Source: Oopsacas minuta (lineage: Eukaryota > Animalia > Porifera). From it: a stretch of 64,000 bases of DNA. The notes under the pieces are model-generated. The model was given only the letters and a program-made list of their open reading frames with translations. It was not told where the DNA came from and did not search any database. The DNA lies in the NCBI GenBank assembly GCA_024704765.1, contig JAKMXF010000365.1, positions 124,001 to 188,000 of the forward strand, written 5' to 3'. A program made the position numbers and the translations under genes. Below are positions 40,401 to 51,624 of the stretch, piece by piece. How positions within the stretch are numbered: the first letter of the stretch is position 1; every line of letters starts with the position of its first letter.

Positions 40401-42644
40401 ATTTCACACGTATGCGAAGTTTCAAGTTAGTAGCCCTTACTATATTCTCATACAATCCGATCAAAATATTTAAGGTTAATCAGATTTCTAACACCTCAGT
40501 GTGTATCAAACAAATGAATTTACAAACTAAAGAATGTAATTTGGCCGGAATGTATTTGTAATTATAGTTCCAGTGTTGAATAGTTCAAGAACCAAAATTA
40601 ATGTATTTTAGCAAACTGGCTTAGTTCCTATTAAAATTGCAATTTCCTGCAATTTTTCTGAAAGTTCTCATTTAGCATTTGTGGAGCATATACCTATTCT
40701 TCCCCTCATTTTAGACCCCTGTCTGGACACCTTAAGGTGTCAAATATCTTGCCGAATAAGATTCGAGTATTCTCCTAGTAGAAACTGACATTATAATGTG
40801 ATAAGTGGATATTATAACTCACAAATAAGAGTTAACACTTATATACTAGAATTCACAAATATTTCAAAAATAGCGTCGTATAATTCTCAGGAATTCTTGG
40901 AGGATAAAACAAACTTAAATGTGTTATATAGGTGTATTTTTCACACCTTTTTCGAGTGGATAATACTGTCAGCTGAATACTTAGCAGATATTCGAGAAAT
41001 TCATCGATTCGAATCGAAAATACATGCGAAAACATTCGAATTACTGGAATTAATACAACAAAGGAAAAATTATATTTCTACTTATTTGCCAGTTTGATAA
41101 TGTTTAAGTAGAATTATTTCAAGAATTCCTCGCAAAAGCCGACAATATTTTAATCAATAATTGGAGCAAAATATGCTTCTGTGAAACTTCTTCACGAATT
41201 TCAAAGTTTACAGAATGTTATCGTAAAGAGGACTTGTTATTAAGTTCACATATGTAAAAATTCAGTAATCTCGCCTGAACCAGTGAATGAGATTGCATCT
41301 TTAGTCATACATGTATATTGATGCTATATATGAACCATGGATATTACAATCGATTTTTGAGTTGGATTTGGTAGTTCTCAAGTTACAATCTATAGAATTT
41401 CATCACATCTACTTTAGGATAATATTCGAATTGTTTGTATATTTGTTTACTCGTTTGTTTGTTTATTACTTGTTTGTTTGTCCGTTTGCAGGAACAGGAT
41501 TAGACGGTGTACTCACCTCTCCAACCGTAAGATATCCTACTATAGCAGCCCTGGATTCATCGGACAGATTTCTAGCTGACGTGTCACAAACCCATCCATG
41601 AACACCTCTGCGCCCACTGTAAAACCAGATGGTGTGGTGGAAACCGAAATCTTCTAAAAATAGATTCCTTGGATAATTTTCTGGAAACTGTATTCGTAGA
41701 CCACAAATTCATGGGAGGAGGCGACAGGACACTTTTTTAATTAGTGCCCAATGGGTTCTTCAATTGTCACATAATTAAATTTTGGAACCAGAATTACCTT
41801 CAAGTGATTTTTGTATAATTAGTACTGCTAGTGCCATAAATATCCAACAGCCTTCACAAATATTAGCGCCTCTAAAAAGTAAACAAATACAGTAAACAAT
41901 GGGATAAGTTACCGAAAGGACCTCTGATAGAGTCACACGGGAGGGAAACATTTAAATGGAATTTTAAGCGGCCAAATCTGCCCAAACTAGCGACAACTTT
42001 TGGACACATTTCATAGGAGCATTATACCCTCATGCAGATATCCGAAAATATGGGATATCCCACACTAATGGGGACAGTTGGATGGACATCAAAGCTCCAC
42101 TTGGCTCATTTGGACAAATTTTCGGTAATTACTTGCAACAAGTTCTGACGTCATCATAGTCAGATATATCTATATCAAATACAAGCTCCTTGCTGATTGG
42201 TCGGAACATTCTTTGTACTGCAGCTTCTTTATGTCTGTTAGGCTAAACAACAAACAAACAAACAAACAAATAAACACACAAACAAACAAACATACAAACA
42301 AGTAAACAAACAAACAAACAAATAAACACACAAACATACAAACAAACAAACATACAAACAAGTAAACAAACAAACAAACAAATAAACAAACAAGCAAACA
42401 AACAAATTACAGGTGCAGAGAAGACAGCCCCGATATCAATTTTCGTAGGTTTTCTATGAACAATAGTATTCTTGAAGTCTTCACAAGTCTCAAAGGAATG
42501 ATATCTGACATAAATATCATTTGGTAGAGACATAGAGATCTCTCTCCGTGAAAAGAATTCGCTAGTAACCATGTCCCTTCCTCCATCTATAATTAAATTA
42601 TAGAATAAATAGTTTTGCATATCAGGTGTTGCTAGGGTGGTCAT
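28477..42644 (-). CDS. PRIM1: DNA primase small (catalytic) subunit, about 12 exons over 14 kb
   Basis: Exons: 42644-42411 (RREIS..DIYVRY..KIDIGAV), ~42240-42132 ([19 protein letters not shown]), ~41872-41796 (ICEGCW), ~41655-41510 ([18 protein letters not shown]), 39173-39115, 35673-35564, ~35194-35076, ~34812-34699 ([26 protein letters not shown]), ~34589-34519 (GRVCVPID). The last two exons, 30810-30779 and 28586-28477, are tentative but phase-compatible. Confidence 0.9.
28717..28870. mobile_element. MITE family A copy
   Basis: CAGTAAACTCCCGTCATATCG start, family core, ATAACAGGAGTT end. Confidence 0.75.
31196..31300. mobile_element. Truncated MITE family A copy
   Basis: Partial family core. 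Confidence 0.6.
31722..31772. repeat. Three perfect 17-bp tandem repeats (GACACTATACTACAGGG)
   Basis: Directly visible. Follows a CAAATTTGGTGTCTTAATCTCTAAAGGTGT motif that also occurs near 35832. Confidence 0.9.
33725..34426 (+). CDS. CDIPT: Phosphatidylinositol synthase (CDP-diacylglycerol--inositol 3-phosphatidyltransferase), single exon
   Basis: [14 protein letters not shown] and the CDP-alcohol phosphotransferase motif [27 protein letters not shown]. Confidence 0.96.
   Translation: MPRKIPEAENIFLFIPNLIGYGRVLLALVSFYYMPYEPVLSTALYLLNFILDAFDGMAARRFRQETKFGAVLDMLTDRSGTTCLIMVLCVFYPNYLLVFQILVALDIVSHWAQMYATLSKGDGSHKNIRAEANPLLRLYYSDKLVMLTFCVSAELFYLFLYLMHFSTTPVLLGLSVCQLGAMINLPFFLGKQIVNVLQLQYACVDIANIDVMSRQRALDKKVDIQTVCSETST
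37177..38064 (-). CDS. Stand-alone NHL-repeat beta-propeller protein, single exon, inside a PRIM1 intron
   Basis: [50 protein letters not shown]. Confidence 0.9.
   Translation of the reverse strand: MANNEIPEERKALNYRVYQSNIAVCKEGNNPGNLKVPRGLIVDVTNQNIIIADSSNSRVQIFNQNGEPISIIGQCFLKCPWGVAVNRTHLYVTDVQLHTVFMFRKSDLTLISATGKLGDLEEEFNFPSQPGLSHKGYLYIPDRYNNRIQVIGPEFQFLRAIRNEVFIEPVDIKVTLSVMYILCHPDKPSIQIMKQSEDTIRTIRLSEIHTSYFFCIDPYRNFVISDFGHGVIKIMRESEIIFRLAEGKVGDNGEGILVCPCGLGFSGGKIVSVSHNNKFGLQVFSPPPYPRFIPD
38890..39035. repeat. Dispersed repeat family B copy (reverse orientation)
   Basis: AAACTTGAAATTTGGCAC...GAGATAGGTGTCAAAATGTCCTGACCTATCAGA. Confidence 0.7.
40305..40440. repeat. Dispersed repeat family B copy
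   Basis: CCCTCAAATCTGATAGGTCAAAACATTTTGTCACCTATCTCTGAGA...AAGTTTCAAGTTAGTAGC. Confidence 0.7.
42244..42407. repeat. (AAAC)n-type microsatellite filling PRIM1 intron 1
   Basis: Directly visible. Similar tracts at 1515-1610, 43143-43220, 43695-43800 and 52580-52658. Confidence 0.95.
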
Positions 42645-43079
42645 TTTGTTATTTTGCTCTTTGCAAAAGTTCGTGTATTAATAAACGAATAATTTATGTT
42701 AGCCCAGCTAGATTGGGGTTAAGCAACCCAATTAAGCTGAGAATAACATAGTTTCAGTTTCAGTTTCAGTTTCAATACCTTCTTGCTTGACAGTTCTATC
42801 ACCACATGACAACCAATCAAATATGATCTGATAGGGATAAAATGCTTGATAGTAAACTTCTAAATATGCATCCAAATTCTCCATCCCTAGTTACCAAATT
42901 AAACACAAGGAATGTAAATATTTATGGCATTTATGGGGCTAGGGATAAACAACAATATGAATAAGGGTTAGATTATTTATTTTCTCGATTGTAAACAAAA
43001 CAATAAACATAAATAAGTATAAACTATAGAGTAAACAAAATATTGTTGTTATGTCCTAATATATTACATGTTGAAGTGT

Positions 43080-45172
<2,093 letters not shown>

Positions 45173-45416
45173 GCAGCTGTGTAGTTACAAGGATGGTGAA
45201 TAGGAATTTGGCTAGAATATTTAGGACAATTCGGTTAATTCATTTCTTGCCTCCCTCAGGGGTTTGGCGCCTATATTATATCGGCCTCAATTTGGGAGGG
45301 CGAAACATATACGCACACATTTTAGCAATTTTTAAGTTTTGTAATATGATTAACAATATGAATAAATTGACACTTGAGTGATCTAAGAATTAGCCTACAA
45401 CTTAACAGCTGATATA

Positions 45417-48400
45417 TTACTGTAAATTCTCAGACGTGATAGAATTTATTTCTTGTGATTTTTTGGTTCGGACGAGAGCCCCGTAATCTTCTGCAGGTGA
45501 AATTGGAAGTGAAGATAGAGATAGTTGCAGATTATCACACCTTTTGTTAGTGCCATTTTTAGTTTCCAAGGTGTTACAAGTTAGACTAGGATTAGTTATA
45601 TGTTTGAATTCTATCTCCAAATCATCTCCAGTTAGTCTCTGCTTATGCTAAAAGAAGACAATTCGATTGTAGGAGTTCCCAACCTTTGCACCTGTGGACA
45701 CCCCTCCAAAGTACTGCGATACAAATTTTCAGCTCATGTGGACCCATTAGTGTCGTCCGTGGACTATCAAATGATATATGGACCACAGGTTGGGAACTGT
45801 TGTTGTTTTATCCCTCACCACCCTGTCCGCACTGAATATACACTTTGCCCCAGGTGTATGGATATGGATTCATACACTATACTTGTGGATTTGACACCAC
45901 TTAACACGGGACAGGGGTGAGGTTATTGAGAAGTGACAATCCCTATCTTCACGCCTAACTGGAGGAGAGGGGAAGACACAAAAAGACAGGATTACCTTTC
46001 TATCCGTACAAGGAAGTAAAGTATTTTCTCCTTTCCTCTTTTCCTCAGGTTTTGGCGATCTTTTGAAAGCATTTGGCAGTGAATTTAGTGAACTAAATCT
46101 CTTATGAATCTTACCAATAGCACTCGGAGCTATTGGTTCTTCTAATGTTCTAATTTTCTTTATTTTAACGCCTTTATCTTTGGATTTTCCTTTCAGACCT
46201 AACCCTGATGCCAAACTTGAAATCGCATTCTTTCCAGAGGTGTCTGAGTTGACGTTTACTTGTTTATGTTTGTGCTTAGATATTGTCTTTAGTGTTGGAG
46301 TTTCTACAAAACACATTTGAATATTGGTATATGGATGGGACCTCAAGGAGTCGAAATTACCTGTCGTAGAAATATTAACCGGACTGGCGTATAATTCAGG
46401 TGAACTATCTGATCTGAGTCTATTAATTTGATCATTATTAGTTGTAGGGGATTCCTGGAGAGGTGACAACCTATCTGTTACAGGTTCTTTGTTTGTTGCA
46501 GAGCTATTCGACCTACATGCATACTATCATTTCCCGTTATATCTTAGCTCAAGGGACCGTGATAATTACTTGGATATGACCATGGAATATATGTTACTTT
46601 GAGGGTTTGGGACCATATTTGTATAATATCACACTTCGATATAACTGGAGTTGAGTGAATTTATATAAAAAATTGTACGATTTTTTGCATTATTTGGCAG
46701 AATTTATAGAAAAACTGGCAAGGGCTACTAAGATGAAATTCGGTATGTGGGTGTAAGGTGATATATCTAAGGAGATGTCCTAATATTAAACTAATATCTC
46801 TACAATTTTCTGAGTTAGGTGACAAAATATCTTGACCTATCAGATTCGAGAGTGCACTAACTATCGCTCGAGGCAAGCACATGGGCCTTCGAAGGTTCCG
46901 GAAAGGTGAGATGGTGTGAAAGATATGCTATATGTGTCTGGATGTCTCTTATTGCTATTTAACACACAACTATTCCAAACCTTGTTGCTGTGTTCGCCTT
47001 TGATTTGTTCTTAATTATCAGTTTAGAAGGTAGAGTGTCAGATGGTTTCTGTTCCAGTACGGATTTCTTGAAGATTTGTACACTACGTGGCAACGAATTG
47101 TGGTCAAAGGATAGTGAAGATGCAATAGGACTCGCGTTACAATCATTTGCCTACAAGAAAGTACAGATTTTCAAAAGTTATATAATAAAAAGTGTTTTTT
47201 GCAGAAAAGGTTGCGTCAATTTTTCAGGCATTTGAACTGGGTGCGTACCGTGATAATTTTTGGGGTGTTAGGTCGGCTTCCCTTCTCAGAGGGAGGCTGG
47301 GGGAGGAATCTGGAACTATTTGGGGTCTTTTGATTGGACAGGTCACTGGAAATGGAGATTGATTGGACAGGAGGAGGCTCTGCCTGACTGGGAGTAGTTG
47401 GGACGGAACTTTCTGGAGTTCTGTCCCTAGGGGGTCGAGTTGGAAACTGTTCCATCAACTGTCTACAAATAAATTCATAATATAATTGGAATACCCTCGA
47501 ATCTGATAGGCCATGACGTTTTGACACCTATTTCAGAGAGTTTATTATTATTATTATTACCTTGATGTTCTCAAGGCTGTGTCTTTGGCAAGTTTGGCTC
47601 TCGTTAATTGTAGTGATAGATCCCTAAACAAATATGTATATAAACAACAACAACAACAACATAACAACAACAAACTCACTTTGCCAGATCAACAGCATCA
47701 TTTCTCTCATTTTCAAACTCAATTAATGTAATCTGTAATTCTCTAAAAATTGAATCAAAATCACCCCAGCTGGAATATTGTGAAGTATTTGACAATTCAT
47801 AACCTCACCCCAGAGGGGATGTTCAAAGTTCAAATCCACAAGTAAGGTGCATTGATCCTCTCCTCACATGTATAGGACCAATTTTTACATATTCCAACAC
47901 TTAGTTCATCAAGTTAGTAACTTACCTTATTTTTATTTTAAGTTTGTTGACGTGAGAATTTTTCTCAGAAATTATTAATAAACTTTCTTCCAACTGTAAT
48001 CCATCCTAATAAATAATAACAAATTTGAAGAGCTATAAATGTAAATAATAACAATTACCTGTGTTGCTTGAACTAGATTTGTGTGTTTAGATTCAATTGC
48101 ATTAATCTTCAAGCTTAACTCCTGAAGGAAATCACATTTAATACGAGCATACATGGTCTACTTATGATAGAGACTGTTTGCTGTATATTCATGAAAACAA
48201 CAATAAATTTTCATATGAGAAACTTGAAAATGGGAAATTCGGATTCAGCGTACTTTGTTGCACCTTGTAGCTGTTAAAAGTAACTCTCCACCAATAAATA
48301 ATTACACATTTTCGCTAATTTGTTTATTTACATACATAGAAACAATACTAACTCTAAGTTCCTGTTGTTGTTGAAAAATTGTTTGTTGGTAACTTGGCAA

Positions 48401-50816
48401 TAGCTGCAATGCTTGATCCCCATTCATTCTTATTCCAATACGCTGTGCGCCAATTTTGGAAGCTTCACCCAATTCAACATCTCTGCTATATTCACACTAA
48501 ATATGATAAATGCAAATAAATAGAAGAAATAAACAATTTCTTAATTGGTAAACCCTCAAACCTGATAAGTCAATACATTTTGACACCTATCTCAGAGAGT
48601 TTACGAGATATCGCTTAGATAATAGAAGTTCATCCTAGAATAATCACATTCCATATACCTGCCAAATTTCACGTTTGTAACTCCTACCAATTCATCCATG
48701 GTTATTTCACGTATTTGAACTATGCATACAAATTCCTAAAATACCTTAGTTACCAATAATACCTTAGGAATGTAAGGGTATATCAGTGATTTGGCTTTTG
48801 GAAGCGAATCCTCATCAGTAAAACTCTGAGAATCAGAAGAATCAGGAATTACTCTACCCTGGTTACCAGATGTAGCCTTAGGAATGTCATTCATACTCTT
48901 AGAAATTCTATCATCAGGCAGGATTGCATTGAGTATCGCCTTGTCCTCTGGGGTCACAGGAAGTTTGTTCCCCTTCATTCTGTGGCTCAACAATGCACTA
49001 CGTACCTAGATAAAGCAACAAATAATGTGTTGCAAGTGTGAAAGTGGCAGAGTGGCATAAAGGAGGGTTGCAAAGATCACTGATAGTTACTTTCCCCGGA
49101 ATCGAACCAGGTAATTACAATTTCCAGTCGTACGTTTTCCCATTAAACTAAAAAGCGAAGTAGTGATCTTCATGGCCTCCTTAAACAACCATAATTTCAA
49201 ACTATATTTATACAGAAATGTGAAATGTAATCAATTGATGTGGTTGCATAATAAAAGCTAGAACTATTTTCTGTAACCTCGCAAAAAGTTTGCAAATTTG
49301 AATGTGGATGGCGTCATTGACACTGAACCAGGGGGGCAGGGGGCTCGTGGAGCATGGAAGCTGTCCAATATCCATGTATAGTTCGTAACAATTTGTAAAT
49401 GGAGCAAAAAGGAGGGTAGCAAGGATCTCTAGGGGGGTTTCTTTTTAAGGGGTCACCCATGTGTTTCAAATTAAACTAAAAAGCGAAGTAGTGATCTTCA
49501 TAGCCTCCTTATACAACCATAATTTCAAACTATATTTATACAGAAATGTGAAATGTAATCAATTGATGTGGTTGCATAATAAAAGCTAGAACTATTTTCT
49601 GTAACCTCGCAAAAAGTTTGCAAATTTGAATGTGGATGGTGTCATAGACGCTGAACCAGGGGGGCAGGGGGCTCGTGGAGCATGGAAGCTGTCGCAATAT
49701 CCATGTATAGTTCGTAACAATTTGTAAATGGAGGAAAAAGGAGGGTAGCAAAGATCACTGGGGTTTCTTTTCCAGGGATCGAACCAGGTAATTACAATCT
49801 TCAGTTGTATGTTTTTCCAATTAAACTAAAAAGACGAAGTAGTGATCTTCATAGCCTCCTTAAACTGGAATAATTTCCAACTATATTTATACAGCAAGAT
49901 GAATGATAAATAATCGATGTGGTTGGATAAAAATAGCTTTCATTCGTTGTAAATATTAATGGAATGCCACTAAATAGTCTTGTTCCAAATCCTGAAAAGT
50001 GAGCTGGAAATAGTGTGTTAACACCTTCAAAATTCAGGAAATGGAACCAGACTAAAAAGTTCTAAAAGGTGCCAAAATGGAGGGTGGCGCCGATCGTAAC
50101 AGACCTTTCCGGGAGTCGAACCCGGTTCTTATAATCCTAAGTTATATGTTCTCACCAATAAACCAAAAAGCAGAAGTAGCGATCAGCAAAGCCTCCATAC
50201 AAATACACTAATTTTCAAATCAGTTATACTACAAGTTAATTCAGAATATATGATGTGGTTGTATAATATATCAATGCAGATCCTCGGATATGATTGAATG
50301 AGGGCTTATTGGCCATATCTCGAAGAGGTGTGGAAATAATTTTTACATATTTTTGTACAAAAATAAAATTATAATTGGAAATAGAATTGAACTTACCTTT
50401 TCTTTTTTGAGTCGAAGTTGAAGTCTACTGTTCTGATTATTGGCAAACTTCAATTTTCGTTTGAGTTCTCCTTTCATTGCTTTTTCTTGCATCACCGAAG
50501 CTTCTAAGTTATTCAATCGGGCAATTACATCTGATTCTACTTCATTACGTCTTGATATACCCGTATTCTCAGTTTGCAGTGCCAAAACACTATCTTCTAA
50601 CTTTCTTATCCGTTCAAGAGCCATTCCAAGATTACTTGTTTGAAATGGTGGAACTTCAGTGATTATATCTGTGACACTTCTTACACCTGGATATGAGGAT
50701 GTGCCTATATTCTGGTCAACTGGCACATTATTATGTCTAAACTGGTTCAAACTAATATATGGATCCATTTGATAATATTTCAAAAATCTCGTTCTTATAA
50801 TATTGTAAATTGCCAT
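45417..50816 (-). CDS. Multi-exon coiled-coil/low-complexity protein of unknown function (host of the RNA array)
   Basis: Exon 1 50816-50397 (GTAAGT donor) splices in frame to an exon starting 49005 (VRSALLSHRMKG...). Further exon-like segments at ~48500-48350, ~48130-48060, ~47460-47240, ~46500-45900 and ~45620-45417. The internal structure is only partly resolved. Confidence 0.65.
45670..45802. mobile_element. hAT-like MITE (GTTCCCAACCT-type termini)
   Basis: Inverted AGTTCCCAACCT / AGGTTGGGAACT. Partial relatives at ~5575-5620, ~24195-24280 and ~38257-38330. Confidence 0.65.
46530..46656. mobile_element. MITE family A copy
   Basis: Family core, ending ATAACTGGAGTTGA. Confidence 0.7.
48545..48690. 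repeat. Dispersed repeat family B copy
   Basis: CCCTCAAACCTGATAAGTCAATACATTTTGACACCTATCTCAGAGAG...GCCAAATTTCACGTTTGTAACTC. Confidence 0.7.
49062..49180 (-). ncRNA. Stem-enclosed tRNA-like RNA, copy 1 (anticodon GGA)
   Basis: Minus strand: GGAGGCCATGAAGATCACTACTT, cloverleaf 49157-49087, then CTATCAGTGATCTTTGCAACCCTCC-TTT. D stem GTTT/AAAC, anticodon arm TACGA CT GGA AA TTGTA, T arm CCTGG TTCGATT CCGGG. Confidence 0.8.
49205..49251 (-). promoter_or_regulatory. U6-type (type 3 Pol III-like) promoter of copy 1: PSE-like element at -71..-56 and TATAAATA at -32..-25
   Basis: TTATGCAACCACATCA-like motif and TATA occur at the same offsets upstream of all four copies. Confidence 0.65.
49411..49508 (-). 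ncRNA. Copy 2, internally deleted (D arm and acceptor-like stem kept; anticodon and T arms absent)
   Basis: Same leader and trailer, followed by TTTTT. Inner sequence GCTTTTTAGTTTAATTTGAAACACATGGGTGACCCCTTAAAAAGA. TATA at 49540-49533. Confidence 0.7.
49740..49859 (-). ncRNA. Stem-enclosed tRNA-like RNA, copy 3 (anticodon GAA, Phe-like)
   Basis: Anticodon arm TACAA CT GAA GA TTGTA (anticodon 49802-49800), T loop TTCGATC, trailer AGTGATCTTTGCTACCCTCC followed by TTTTT. TATA at 49891-49884. Confidence 0.85.
50079..50196 (-). ncRNA. Stem-enclosed tRNA-like RNA, copy 4 (anticodon TAG, Leu-like, short variable loop)
   Basis: Anticodon arm TATAA CT TAG GA TTATA (50139-50137), perfect T arm CCGGG TTCGACT CCCGG, leader GCTGATCG pairing with trailer CGATCGGC, then ATTTT. 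Confidence 0.85.
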
Positions 50817-51624
50817 ATATGGAAATTTTGGTTGGATTCTTTGTTTGGGAATTATGGATCATAATAGCTAGCTATGTATTGTGAGATTTTCAAATACTTA
50901 TTCGTGAATTACGAGCACTATTTCGCTTCTAGCAAGTGTCTACAGTAATATATTAGGATTTTCACACCTTTTGGCAACAGTCTACTCGGCTTAATAAGGT
51001 CACCGATTAACGAGAGTAATTTAACAATATTTGTATGGTTCAGTTTCTGTCCAAGATGGAGTATTAACAATCTCCGAATTAATGAGATTCTCATCAATCG
51101 AATGCGCTTATAATTCTAAATTCAGGAGCTTATATATATATATATCACTTCAAAGTTCAATTAGAATACATATTCAGCCTAGAATCCAAACAAATCGACA
51201 AACTTGTATAAATCTAGTTGGAAATGAGATAATTGACGGATATTTATTATTACTGATACGCTATTCATGCTTAACTGTCCGTATAATATTCTTACAAATC
51301 TCAGTCTCAGATAGGTGTGCAAATATACATAATCTCGGGCAAAGTATATTCATACATATGGGCAAGTTTCTAAAGATTCATATTCGGGAAAATTGTAATT
51401 CCATGGCAACCAGATTGAAGAAACAGCCGTGATGGAATGCTGTATTTTAGCGGGGAAAATGAGTTGTAGAGTTACTCAATTTAGCGGTCTTTTAACACCT
51501 CTTAGGACAAGTTGTTACCCATTTTGTAATGTGCTTATAAAATAATCAGATGATAAACTAATTGAGTGAAGATGGTTCATAAATACAAACAAGTAAACAA
51601 ATGAGTAAGCATATTAATCTGTTG

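Noticed and set aside
39200-41500. Apparent 3' truncation of PRIM1 after the YSGRRGVH exon; ORFs 40798-41097 and 40853-41035
   Set aside because: Downstream primase exons were found at 39173, 35673, 35194, 34812 and 34589. The intervening ORFs have no recognisable similarity.
49062-50196. CRISPR array or 5S rRNA interpretation of the tandem units
   Set aside because: The period is ~330-350 bp with conserved spacers in a eukaryotic intron and no cas genes. The ~120-nt length resembles 5S, but the interior is a tRNA cloverleaf without recognisable 5S motifs.
51031-51432. 133-aa plus-strand ORF
   Set aside because: Non-ATG start, no motifs, and AT-rich intergenic composition.
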